From Camelus ferus (taxonomy: Eukaryota), in the NCBI RefSeq assembly GCF_009834535.1, contig NC_045696.1, positions 55,306,001 to 55,370,000 of the forward strand: a stretch of DNA of 64,000 nucleotides. The letters run 5' to 3'. The notes under the pieces were generated by a model. That model was given only the letters and a program-made list of their open reading frames with translations, made no database searches and was not told where the DNA came from. Of this stretch, positions 26,740-39,061 are shown piece after piece. The translations under genes were made by a program, and so were the position numbers. Positions within the stretch are counted from its first letter, which is position 1, and every line of letters begins with the position of its first letter.

Positions 26740-26850
26740 AGCCACCAGAGAACTGCTAAATCAACACCTCTAGGCATGGAGCCTAGGAATCTGTAAATTT
26801 TCAAAGTGCCCCAGATAACAGAGTTTATTCGAGTTTGGAACCATGGCCCT
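26740..26850. mobile_element. MER5-like fragment
   Basis: aaatcaacacctctaggcatggagcctaggaatctgtaaattttc...gtttggaaccatgg. Confidence 0.55.
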
Positions 26851-26989
26851 TTAAAGACACACAATTCAGACTGCTTTGTCCTCCTAGAAGCCCGTCTCAG
26901 CATTGCTGACAAAGATCTTGGAGTGGGGACAAGTCACTCAGACCCTTGAGAACTTGCTAGTGGTGGGGGAATTGAGGGGCAGAGGAACA

Positions 26990-28480
26990 GCAGTTCTCAG
27001 TGAGCAAACCATAATAGGAGATGGATATAATTTAGACATGAATTCCTAGCTCTGGAACTAAGTGGCAAAACCAGGAATGGAGAAGAAAATATAAATGCAG
27101 AAGGTATGACACAGGAAAACTTAACAGACTGTTGACTGGTTGGATGTGAAGGGTGTTCAGACACAGTGATTCTGAGGTTTGGATGCATGTCCCAGAGCCA
27201 GCATTTTCGGTCCACTCCATAGGCACCACCCTCGTCCTTATCTGCACTATTGCAGCAGCCTCCAGACCAGGGTCCCTACATCCATTTTTGCCCCTTCCCT
27301 GCCAATCCATTCTCTTCCTCATAGACCATGGTTATCTAAAAATATAAAGCTGATCGTGTTATTCCCTTACTTAGTATGCTGTGATAGCTCTTAGGATAAA
27401 GACCAAAATCCTCAATGTGGCCTGAAGGCCCTTCATGCTCTGATTCAGCCTCATCCCTTTCCACTCTCCCTTCCACATTACTTTTCTACCTACATCCTTC
27501 TCTCTGTTGCTCTGACTTGCACAGTTTCCTCCCACTGACACCCCCACTCCCAAGACTTTCAGTAAGGCTGGGTTTTGTGCCTGGGATGGCCTTCTCCAGC
27601 CCTGATTCATGATTCAGATCTCAGATCAAATACCACTTCTGCAAGGAAGACCTCCCTCCCTCTCAGCCTGAGTGAGGTCCTTGTCATACATCTTCACAGC
27701 TCCCTGCATGTCTTGCTTTGTTGCTCTTCTCATGCACGTAGTCAGGTATATGTTGTGATTATATGACTAATGCCTAACTCTCCCATTGAAATGCAAACTC
27801 CAGTAAGGCACAGACTGTATCTTTTAGTCCATTATCTACCCAACACCTAGAACAGTGCCTGAACTATAGTCAATAGCTGTATTTGCTTAGGGGAAAAAAG
27901 AATGCCAATATGCTTAGATGGCTGGGAGAATGTGACTACCACTAAAGAGAGAGGGAAACCAGGAAAGAAAAAAAAAGGGTTGGATTTCAAGTACTGACAA
28001 TATTTGACAGCAGCAAATGCAGGCAGATTTATGTAAAGATAACACATAATAATAAGTACAGTGACACTTGCCTTTAACAGATCATTGATAATGTACGTTG
28101 TGCTCTAGGGCTGGAAATAAAAACTTGGAGCAGAGAATCACTTAATTGGTAGTTAAATCCTGAGAAACTCAAATGAAAAAGTACACATAAACAACATCAG
28201 AGAACCAAATACTGAATCTTGAGGACTGCCCAGGGTTAGGGAGTGGGAGGGCCAAGTGAGAGAAGGATGGACCAGAGAGACACGACCAAGCAGGATGGCA
28301 GAGTGAACTGGAGAGCACAGGGAGGGGTTTCCAAGATCCAAATTGTCAGTGAAGTCAAATGCTGCTGAGAAGACAGGATGGTGAGGGTGAAACAGGCCAC
28401 TGGCATTGGCACAAATTTGCTCCTTGAAGACCTGAGCACCTGGAGTTTGGGTAAGAAAAGTGGGCAGGTAGATTAAAGCC
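26990..28480 (-). mobile_element. L2 (antisense), split by a sense L2 at about 27190-27890
   Basis: gactgttgactggttggatgtgaaggg before the insert; ctagggctggaaataaaaacttggag...gtcaaatgctgctgagaag after it. Confidence 0.55.
27190..27890 (+). mobile_element. L2 3' portion (sense)
   Basis: ctattgcagcagcctcc...aggataaagaccaaaatcctc...cagatctcagatcaaataccac...acctagaacagtgcctgaac...caatagctgtatttg. Confidence 0.75.
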
Positions 28481-29579
28481 TGCTTTCAAACACATCCTTT
28501 ATGTACATCTACAAAAGTAACCCCAGCCTCTAGAACAAGTTATTGTGCCCAGCAGTAGGCAAATTAAAGGCTTTGGGAATGGAGTCTCTTCCTCACTGTT
28601 CCACTCCCATTCAGACACTTGAACTTCGACAGCATCCATCTTGAATGCTTGCCGACCTAGCGCACACTGCGTGGTCAGACGTGTGGCCTTCTGGATGGTG
28701 ACATCTTATTCTTATAGGAGAGATACTGAAGAAGGCATCAATAGTGAAGAAACTTGCCCAAATCTTCCCCAATTGGTTCTAATCTGAACCAATTATGTGA
28801 CACATCCTCAATGAAGGTTTACTTAGCCTGATGTTGATGTTACGGCTCTGATCTGCCTTCAGTGCATCCATTTTTATTTCAGCAGTGCAGAATCTGTTGG
28901 TTATAAATATCTGTGAAACAGTTCATTAAATGTGAATGCAAAAATATGAATATATAGCAGCATCCTTTTTTGAGATGCTAATTGGCAAACATAAAGGGAG
29001 AGAGTGGTTTGGGGAAAACAATGAAAATGTCAGTTGATGAGGATTTCTACTGGTCCATAATAACCCTGACACCCTAAAATGTGTAAAAGATGAATCAGAT
29101 AAAGGTCAAATAAGTCACTGACTTAAGAGTTGCCATAAAATCATAAGGTAATACCAGAAATCAACAAATGTACTCCACCATCTAGCTTAGAGCAAAGAAA
29201 AAAAAAGAGCTAAGAAGTAGAATTGATCAATTTGCATCCAGAAGTGACCACTAAAAAAAGCCACATTCTTCTAAGATTGATTAGCAGATAGATGAAAATC
29301 AGGGAGGTGGGGAGAGAGTTTTACCAAACTGTTGCTCCCTACCCACCACTATCTCTCTTTTAGGTCCAGTTCACTTAGCAAAAGTGCCCACCTGTGGACA
29401 AACCCATCCATGGCCCACCATCAGTGACATAAGAGGTCAATTATCAGAATGTTCACATGAACGTAGAGAGCCATGACCAAGCTAGGCAAGAGAAGGAAGT
29501 TAAACTCCTCCAACCTCTTGTTTTGACATCATCAGACTCGTCTTTCCTGCCCTCCTATCCATTCAAAGGATAGATATGC

Positions 29580-30578
29580 TCATTATATGTAGCCTTGGAT
29601 ATGTGAAGAATGGCTTTAATTGTCTGCAATCTCATACCAAGCCACCAGTGTATCATTTAGAAGTGGAAGGAAGTAGACAGAAGTCCCTCTCTCTCTTCGG
29701 TATATTCAGACCACATCTGACATCCGTAATCCACCCTAGGAGCCACAGGGATGGAACCCTTTCTTAGGGATGTATAAAATCTGAAGTAAGTCTAAACCTG
29801 AGTAGACAGAAGGCCCCAAACAATGTCATACGAAAACAAGTGGAAGAAATGAGGCTATTCTGTTCAGAGAAGAGTAAGATGGGGTGGGACGCAAGCTGAG
29901 GAGATAGGCAGGTAACAATGCATTGTTAAGCAGTCCACCAATGTCACTGTTTTTTCCATCTTTCCCACTAGACTGGGAACATACTCAGTGCAATGACCAT
30001 ATTTTATTTGTATTAGGGTTCCAGGGAAGATTTGAGCCTATAAAATGTACTCAATAAATATTTGGTTAAAAAAAAAGTGAATGAATGACAATTGCCTTTC
30101 AATTTCTATAAAACTGTGACGTGGAATGGTGAAATTTGTTCTTTGTGATCCCAAGTAATAGAATCAGGAACAATGAGTCGAGAAGGTACACAGAGAAAGC
30201 TTCCATATCAATATAAAGAAGAACTTCCTACAAAGCTCTTCATTTCAGAGTGAGCACTTCTTTCTTGGAAGTATCTAAGAAAGACCAGTCAAGTTTGGGG
30301 CAGTGACAATGATGCAGAGGAGATTTAAGCATCAAGTAGGTTTACTTAGGTCATGGCTCTCAATCCTGGCTGCACAGTAAAAAACACTTAGGCTTTTGAT
30401 TTTGTTTTTGTTTTAATGCAGATGCCTAGGCACAATCCCCAGAAACTTGGTTTCAATCGGTCTGGGGCATCAGTATTTTTAAACACTCCCCAGATGATCC
30501 TAATGTGCAACTACAGTTGAGAATCATTAGTCTAGATGAAAATTTAAGGTTCCTCCCAAACTTAGATTCTATGATTCT
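29580..30578 (+). mobile_element. CR1/L3 3' region with terminal repeat, interrupted by L2 (about 29950-30090) and MER5B-like (about 30352-30530) inserts
   Basis: tcagaccacatctga (RPHL motif), ctgttcagagaagag, aatataaagaagaacttcc, and the CR1-type terminus gattctatgattct (30565-30578). Confidence 0.65.
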
Positions 30579-30726
30579 ACATCTGAGGAAATTGGAGCTT
30601 CCATTCAAAACACTCCAGTTTTGACTGACTGCCTAATTCATTAGATGTTCTCTAACACTGATTAAACCAAGAGGCATCTAAGGCAATATTCCAAACAGAA
30701 GGATAGAAAACTGGAGGGAGAAAAAT

Positions 30727-30736
30727 AGAGATAGAC

Positions 30737-30768
<32 letters not shown>
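30727..30768 (+). repeat. (GA)n microsatellite
   Basis: Directly visible. Confidence 0.95.
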
Positions 30769-31899
30769 GACAAGCTATATTAAAGCACATATCTTAATGT
30801 GTAGTTTGTGAATTCTAAATAATTGAATTTGCACTTTATCAAAATTTCAGAGTGTTAGCTGTCCAAACATGCAAAATTCTTCTCCTGATGTTGCCTGATA
30901 TGGAACCATCAGCATTTGGATCACCAGTAGGTGTGGATTTAATCAAAGACCTCAAAATCCTCAAATCTCAAAATGCTATTTGACCTTTCAGTCTGAAGAC
31001 TGAAAATATCCAGTGACTGGGAGAGTACATATGGTTGTTCAAATGCGAGTAGGTGACGATCAGATAATTTCATATGCTGCTTTTTATCCTGAACTATTTC
31101 AGAAAAAGTCTGCTCTTTGGTAAATGAATAATTCACTTATATCTCAAATTTATTTTAAATGCATCACATTTGAAAGCAGGCTAAGATATATTTAAATAAT
31201 GTTATCACTTTTTTAATAGGTTGAGGAGTGGTTTGGGGTGTTGCCTTAGACAGAAGCAGCCAGTCAGCTACGCACCCAGTGAAATGGAGAAGGGTGGGCA
31301 CTGGACCCTTTTCTTCAATCCAATCATCAGAGGCAATCTCTGTTAGATAGCTTTTATAATTTCAGGTTTCCTTTAACTTACCTTCCAAGATCCTAATTTT
31401 GCCACCTAAATCTGTTCAGTACTTAGCTACCACTCCCTGTGGTTCCCAATGACTGAGGACTCAATTCATTTGCATTTACATTCATAATTCTAGAATAAAT
31501 TTATCATACGATTAAAACATAAAGGTCTTACAGACACACTTAGGCAAATATAGTTAATTTCCAACAAAGAAAGTTGGGAGTGGAAAAGCACAATGCCATG
31601 TCCATACCAAGTGTTCAAAGATACTAGAATGTAGTGACTGAAGGTCAGTCCCTCATGCAGAGACAGGTATGTGACATCATTCAAGTAACACAGATATTGC
31701 TCTTTTAAACAGTATGTTTAAACAGAATGGTTAGGGATGATCGCTATATTCTTGGTAAGAAGCTTCAGAAATCGAAAACATTATTACCTTCAAGAATAAA
31801 AATTCCACCTAGTACTAAGATTCATGGCCAAATAATTTTCTTTATAAGACCACTGTCTTTATTTTTTATTTATAGTACTTTCTATAATATAGCAAGAAT

Positions 31900-33143
31900 T
31901 GGGCTAGGAAGCTCTGGGTGAGTAGAGTTTCCAATTTTAAACAGGATGATTGGGGACAGCCTCACTGAGAAGGTGACATTTGAGCAAAGACCCTAAGGAA
32001 GTGAGGGAACTATCCATGCACATATCTGGAGAGAAAGTTCCAGGTAGAAGGAACAACAAGTGAAAATCTTATGAGGCAGGAATGTGGCTGGAGTGTTGGA
32101 AGCCAGTGTGGTCATTGATGACACACAGTAAGACAGGAGGAGACTATTAGGACATCAGCTCAGAAACAGGTATGAAAAGCCTTGTAGTAAGAGCTTTGTA
32201 AGGACTCTTACTCTGAATGAAACGTGGACCTATTAAAGGTTTTGAGCAGAGGAGTAACAAAATTAGACTTTGGTTTTTAAAGGACCACTCTGGGTGCCAT
32301 GTTGAAACCACATAGGGGGCCAAGGCAGAAGCATGGTGACCATTCAGGAATGATGCTGCAATAAACCAGGCGAAAGAGGATGGTATATGGGGTCAGGGTG
32401 ATAGCAGAAGAGATGACAAGATGTGGTCAGATTCTAGATATTTGAGCATTTTGAAAATAAAACCAAGAAACTTTGCTGATGCATTTAAAGTAGAATGCCA
32501 GATAAAAAAGATAAGTTATGGATGACTTCAAGGGTTTGGGCCCAAGCAACTGAAAGGGAAGAGCTGCCCTTTATTGATAAGGAAAGATTAGGAGGGGCAT
32601 GTTTGGGGAACAACAGAAGTTCAGTATAAGACATATTAATTTTTAACATGCCTATTAAAATTCAAGTAGACAGTTGAGTAAGCATACGATTGTACACATT
32701 TCAAGTCCACGGGAGAGTTTCAGACCAGAGATAAAAATTTGGGAGTCTTTAGCAGACAGATGATATTTAAATCCATGAGTCTGGATGGGAATGAGTGTAG
32801 GCAGAACAGGGAAGACATCCAAGCACTGAACTCTACAGAACCCAATATTTAGAGGTCAAGAAGATCAGGCTGCACAAACCAAAGGGACACAGATGGAGAG
32901 GCCACTGAGGTGCGAGGAAATCACACAACCGCACAAGAAGAGTGTAATGTTCTGGAAGCCAAGGAAGAAATTATTTCAGGTAAGAGAATAACCAAACATG
33001 TTAAATGCTGTGACAGAGCAATCAGAATCAGAGCTGGGAACTATTTTTAGCAATGGGGAAGGTATTGATGGTCACTATAATAATAATTTAGTTGCAGTTG
33101 AGGAGGTAAAAAGCCTGAGTGGAGTGGATTTAAGACAGGAGGA
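31900..33143 (-). mobile_element. L2 (L2a-like) antisense, 1.2 kb; resumes at about 39378-39410 after the L1 insertion
   Basis: cctcactgagaaggtgacatttgagcaaagacc...aggttttgagcagaggagt...gagataaaaatttgggagtc...ggagtggatttaagacaggagga | gaggcagc...agtgtagacaa. Confidence 0.85.
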
Positions 33144-34455
33144 AAGGGAGGGGGATCAAGATGACAGAGTAAGATGATGTGGAGCTCACCTCCCCCAACA
33201 AACACAAGAATACATCTACATGTGGAACAATTCTCACAGAAAAGTAACTGGACACTGGCAGAAGAATTGCTATACAATCAAGGCTGCAAGAAAGATTCCC
33301 ATGTAATCACATAGGATGGGGGCAGGAAGCACTGAATCAGGACCTGTGCCCCTGGAAGGGGACTAAGAGAATAAGGAAGACCACTCAGGTGGACTCTCGC
33401 CTTGGGAGTGAGCAGGCCAAGACACAGACAGGGCATCCCAGTCCTGGGGTCCTACACAGAGAAGACAAGCCCCTGTGGCTGCTTAGAGAACTGCAAGGGC
33501 AGATAGATGAGCTGGAGAAGCCCAGACTCCACTTGCAAGGAATGTGCAGGTGCTGGCTTGCCACCAGACAGAGCAGAGAGAGGTCTGCACTACCAGCTGT
33601 CATCTTACCGCCCTCCCCAGTCCAAGCTGAGTGAGCAATCTAGCCCTCCTAACTCCACACCACAGCTTAGCACTGGATCTAAGGCAGCCGGGTCCTGGGA
33701 AAAGATGCAACCTAAGGATGCTGGGATGACCCAGGGTCCTGGGACGCAGTCCAGGCGGGGCAGTGGGAGCCATTGCTGGCATTTATTCAAACAGTGCCCC
33801 AGAAAAGTCCAGACTTCTGGCAGCACTCAGTCACTTAAACCCCGACAACCAACACATCATGATCCCCAATCCCAGTCAAGCAAACACTCTGGCCCTGCCC
33901 GTTCCAAACCATCACCTTGCACTAGATCTGGGATGACCACAACAGGGGAAAAGATGCGGCCTTGGGCTGTATCTGAAAGGAGCCATAGATGACTACACAG
34001 GCAGCATATTAGACCTCTGAAAGTACCGATCCCCACTTACTACAGCACTCTCCTCCTTTGGGGCAAAGTCCTCAGTACCAAGAAAAGGAAAAACACACGC
34101 TTAAAAAGACTATAGTCAACTCAAGCCCGACCCTGAGGGCATCCATGCCAGCAACTTGAGAGCAGCCCCTACCCATGAAAGGGCAGTGGTGGCTACTAAG
34201 CAGAGAGGAAGTCCTGCCTCATAATCTGAGTCCGTTCTAACTCTTCCAATACTAGCCACAACCTCTACCAAGGTGATAGCAGCCAGCGCATCCTGAGCAA
34301 AGACATGGCTGGCATCCGCAACAAATCTATCCAACACACCAAAGACAGTAGGCACACGAAGTCTACTTAGGGATGCTCCCACATAAAAACACTCCTTCAA
34401 GACCACAGTAGGTAACTCTAGCCTAAATTCATAGAGACAGAGGAACATAAAAAGA
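33144..34455 (+). promoter_or_regulatory. L1 5'UTR / internal promoter relic
   Basis: Starts with a YY1-like caagatg(a)c at the element's 5' end; GC-richer than the flanks but CpG-depleted. Confidence 0.55.
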
Positions 34456-34989
34456 CATACTCTTTTTCACTATAGGTTATTACAAGATATTGAATATAGT
34501 TCCCTATGCTACACATAAGGCCTTGTTGTTTATCTATTATATATAGAGTAGTTTGTATCTGCTAATCCCAAACTCCTAATTTATCCCTCCCCTCCTTCTT
34601 CTTCAATAACCATAAGTATGTTTTCTATGTCTGTGATTCTCTTTCTGTTTTGTAAATAAGTTCATTTGTCATTTTTTAGACTCCACATATAAGCAATATC
34701 ATATTTGTCTTCCTCTGTCTGACTTAGTTCACTTAGTATGATGATTTTTAGGTCCATCCATTTGCTGCAAATAACATTATTTCATTCATTTTTATGGTAG
34801 TATTCCATTGTACATATATACCACATCTTCTTTATCCAATCATCTGTCAATGGACATTAAGGTTGCTTCCATATCTTGGCTACTGTAAATAGTGCTGCTA
34901 TGAATACTGGAGTGCATGCATCTTTTCAAATTAGAATTCCTTCAGATATATGCCCAGGAGTGGGATTGCTGGATCATATGGTAACTCTA
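34456..34989 (-). mobile_element. Inverted L1 fragment (ORF2 C-terminus plus partial 3'UTR) occupying the ORF1 position
   Basis: Reverse complement reads tagagttaccatatgatccagcaatcccactcctgggc...gggaactatattcaatatcttgtaataacctatag; no poly-T tail or TSD seen. Confidence 0.9.
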
Positions 34990-35219
34990 AAAAACTGAAG
35001 ATCTTTTCAAATATATTTGAACTTAAATAAGTACCAGTTTAAACAAGTAAATATAATTATAGTTAACCTCAAATCAAAAACCTACAAGAGAGACACAAAA
35101 CCCAAAAGAAAGGAACTCAAGCAGACAACGAAAGAAAATCATCACACAACAATGAGAAAAATAAAAAGAAGAAATGAGCAAAGCAGAACTACAAAAACAA
35201 CTGGAAAACAGAGAATAAA

Positions 35220-38200
35220 ATGGCAATAAGTACATCCCTACCAATAGTTCCTTACATGTCAATGTACTAAATGCTCCAGTGAAAAGACATAGTGTGGCTT
35301 ATGGGATTAAAAAAAAAAAAGGACCCTTCAATATACTGCTTACAAGAGACTAACTCCAGGGTGAAAGACACACACAGACTGAGAGTGAGGGGATGGAAAA
35401 AGATATTTCATGCAAATGGAAACAACAAGAAAGCAGGGTACCAGTACTCATATCAGACAGTATAGACTTTAAAACAAAGGCTGTAACAGAAGACAAAGAA
35501 GGGCATTATATAATGATAAAGGGATCAATCCAAGAAGAGGATATCATACTTGTTAACATATACACACCCGATATAGAAGCACCTAAATATACAAAGCAAA
35601 TACTAACAGACATATATGGAGAAATTGATAATAATACAATAATAGTAGGAGACTTTAACACCCCATTGATATCAATGGACAGATCATCTAGACAGAAAAT
35701 CAATATGGCAACAGAGGTCCTAAATGACACAACAGACTGGTGGATTTAATTGATATCTATAGGACACTACATCCAGAAAAAGCAGAATACACATTCTTTC
35801 AAAGTGTGCATGGAATATTCTCCAGGATATATCACATACCAAATCCCAAAACAAGCTTCAACAAATTTAGGAAGATAGAAATTTTATCAAGCATCTTTTC
35901 TAATTACAACAGTATGAAACTAGGAATCAACTACAGAAAGAAAAACAGGAAAAGAACAAACACATGAAGAAAACAGGGGAAGAACAAACACATAAACAAC
36001 ATGCTACTAAAAAATGAATGGGTCAATAATGAAATCAAAGAGGAAATTAGATAATAATTCAAAACACATGACAATGAAAATACAACCTTACAAAATCTAT
36101 AGGATGCAGCAAAAGTAGTTTTAAGAGGGAAGTTCATAGTGATACAGGCCTTCCTCAAGAAACAGAAAAAAAAAAAAAAACTCAAATAAACAACCTAATC
36201 TACCACCTAAAGGAATTAGAAAAAGAAGAACAAAGTCTGCAGAAGGAAGGAAATAATAAAGATCAGAAAGGAAATAAAGAAAATAGAGACCAAAAGAAAA
36301 AAAATCTATGAAACCAAGAGCTGGTTTTTGAAAAGATAAACAAAATTGATAAACCTTTAACCAGGCTCACCAATAAGAAAAGAGAGGAACCTAATAAACA
36401 AAATATGAAATAATAGAGGAGAAATAAAAAAACAACCAATACGATAGAGATATTAAAAAATCACAGGAGAATACTATGAACAGTTACATGTCAACAAATC
36501 AGACAACCTAGAAGAAATGGAAAAATCATTAGAAATATACAACCCTGCCAAGATTGAATCAAGAAACAGACAATCTGAACAGATAGATCATTAGAAGTGA
36601 AATTGAATCTGTAATTTTAAAAAAAACTCCCAGCAAACAAAAGTCCAGGATGAGAGAGCATCACAGGGGAATTCTACCAAACATATAAACATATCCTTCT
36701 CAAACTATTCCAACAAACTGAAGAAGAGGCAACACTCTCAAAATCATTCTACAAGGCCACCATTACCCAGATACCAAAACCAGAAAAAAGGTACTACAAA
36801 AAAGAAAACTACAGGCTAGTATCTTTGATGAATATAGACACAAAAATTCTCAACAAAATATTAGCAAACCAAATCCAACAATACATAAAAAGGACAATAT
36901 ATCATGTTCAAGTTGGGTGATTCCAGGGTCTCAAGGATGGTTCAACATATGCAAATCAACCAATGTGATACATAGCATTAACAATAAGAAAAATAAAAAT
37001 CACATGATCATCTGAATAGACACAGAAAAAGCATTTGACAAAATTCAACATCCATTCATAAAAACTCTCATCAAAATGGGTACAGAGGGAACATTTCTCA
37101 ACATAATAAAGGACTTTCATGACAAACCCATAGCCAACATAATACTCAACAGTAAAAAGCTAAGTCTTCCTGCTAAATTCAAGAACAAGACAAGGATGCC
37201 CATTGGAAATCCTAACCACAACAATCAGACAAGAAAGAGAAATAAAAGGTATACACATTGGAAGGGAAGAGGTAAAACTGCCACTATTTGCAGATGACAT
37301 GATACTCTACGTAGAGAACCCTAAACTCTCTACCCAAAGACTATTAGAACTAATAAATGAATTCAGCAAGGTTGCAGGATATCAGATTAATATACAGAAA
37401 TATGTTGTGTTTCTATACACCAATAATGAAATATTAGAAAGAAAAAGTTAAAAAAAAAAGAATCCCATTTAAAATTGCCATCAAAAAAAAAAAAAAAAAA
37501 AAACCCTAGGAATAAACTTAACCAAAGAAGTTAAAGACTTATACTCTGAAAACTATAAACTACTGACAAAGGAAATTTAAGAGGATTCAAAGAAATGGAA
37601 AGAAATCTTGTGTTCTTGGATTGAAAGAACTAACTTATTAAAATGGCCATCCTACTCAAACCAATCTACAGAGTTAATGAAATTCCTATCAAAATATCTA
37701 GGATATTTTTCACAGAACTAGAACAAATAATCGTAAAAATTATATAGAACCACAAAAGACCCCAAATTGCCAAAGCAATACTGAAGGAAAAGAACAAAGC
37801 GGGAGGCATAACCCTCCCAGACTTCAGACTATACTGCAAAGCTACAGTAATCAACACAGCATGGTACTGTCACATAACAGACATATAGTTCAATGGAACA
37901 GAAGAGAGAATTCAGAATAAACCCACCACCTTTTGGTCAATTAATCTGTGACAGAGAAGGCAAGAATATACAATGGAGAAAAAAAGTCTCTTCAACAAGT
38001 GGTGCTGGGAAAGCTGGATAGTTACATGCAAATCAATGAAATTAGAACACTTCGTATAAACATTTCGTTTATACAAAAACAAACTCAGAATGGTTTAAAG
38101 ACTAAATGTAACACATGACACCATAAAACCTCCAAGAAGAGAACACAGGAAAAACATTCTTTGACATAAATCATAGCAATGTTTTCTTAGATCAGTCTCC

Positions 38201-38873
38201 CAAGGCAAAAGAAATAAAAGCAAAAATAAACAAATGGGACCTAATTAAACTTAAAAGCTTTTGCAAAGGAAACCATAAACAAAACAATGACAATAACCTA
38301 CAGACTACAAGAAAATGTTTGCAAAAATTGCAACAAACAGGCTTAATTTCCAAAATATACAGACAGTTCATACAACTGAAAATTAAAAAAAAAAATCCAA
38401 TCAAAATATGGGCAGATGACTTGAATAGACATTTTTCCAAAGAAGACATATAGACAGATAGCAGAGACATGATGCTCAACATTTCTAATTTAAGAAATGC
38501 AAATCATAACTCCAATGAGGTACCACCTCATACTGGTCAGAATAGTTATCCTCAAAAAGTCTACAAATAATAAACACTGGAGAGGGAGTGGAGAAAAGGG
38601 AAACTTCCTACACTGCTGGTGGGAATGTAAACTGGTGCAGCCATTGTGGAAAACAGTACAGAGGTTCCTTCAAAAACTAAAAATATAACTGCCATGTGAT
38701 CCAGCAATTCCACTCCTGGGTATGTATCTGGAAGAAATGAAAACATTAATTTGAAAAGATATGCACCCCAGTATTCATAGCATCACTATTTACAACAATT
38801 AAGACATGGAAGCAACTCACATGCCCATCAACAGATGACTGGCTTAAGAAGATGGGGTGTGTATGTGTGTGTG

Positions 38874-38925
<52 letters not shown>

Positions 38926-39061
38926 GGAATACTACTTGGCCATAAAAAAGGATGAAATACTGCCATTTGCAGCAACAACATGGATGGACCTAGAGATTAT
39001 CATGTTTAGTAAAATAAGTCAGAGAAGGACAAATACTGTATCACTTATATATTAAATCTAA
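35220..39061 (+). pseudogene. L1 ORF2 (endonuclease/reverse transcriptase), multiply frameshifted
   Basis: ATG GCA ATA AGT at 35220; DKEGHYIMIKGSI, IIVGDFNTPL (EN); [14 protein letters not shown] (RT); [14 protein letters not shown] (C-terminus); many stops and frameshifts. Confidence 0.95.
38857..38923 (+). repeat. (TG)n-TA-(CA)n compound microsatellite inside L1 ORF2
   Basis: Directly visible. Confidence 0.95.

Noticed and set aside
33389..34448. Several ORFs up to 161 aa in the L1 5' region, considered as ORF1 or ORF0
   Set aside because: No resemblance to L1 ORF1p; these are GC-rich 5'UTR open frames
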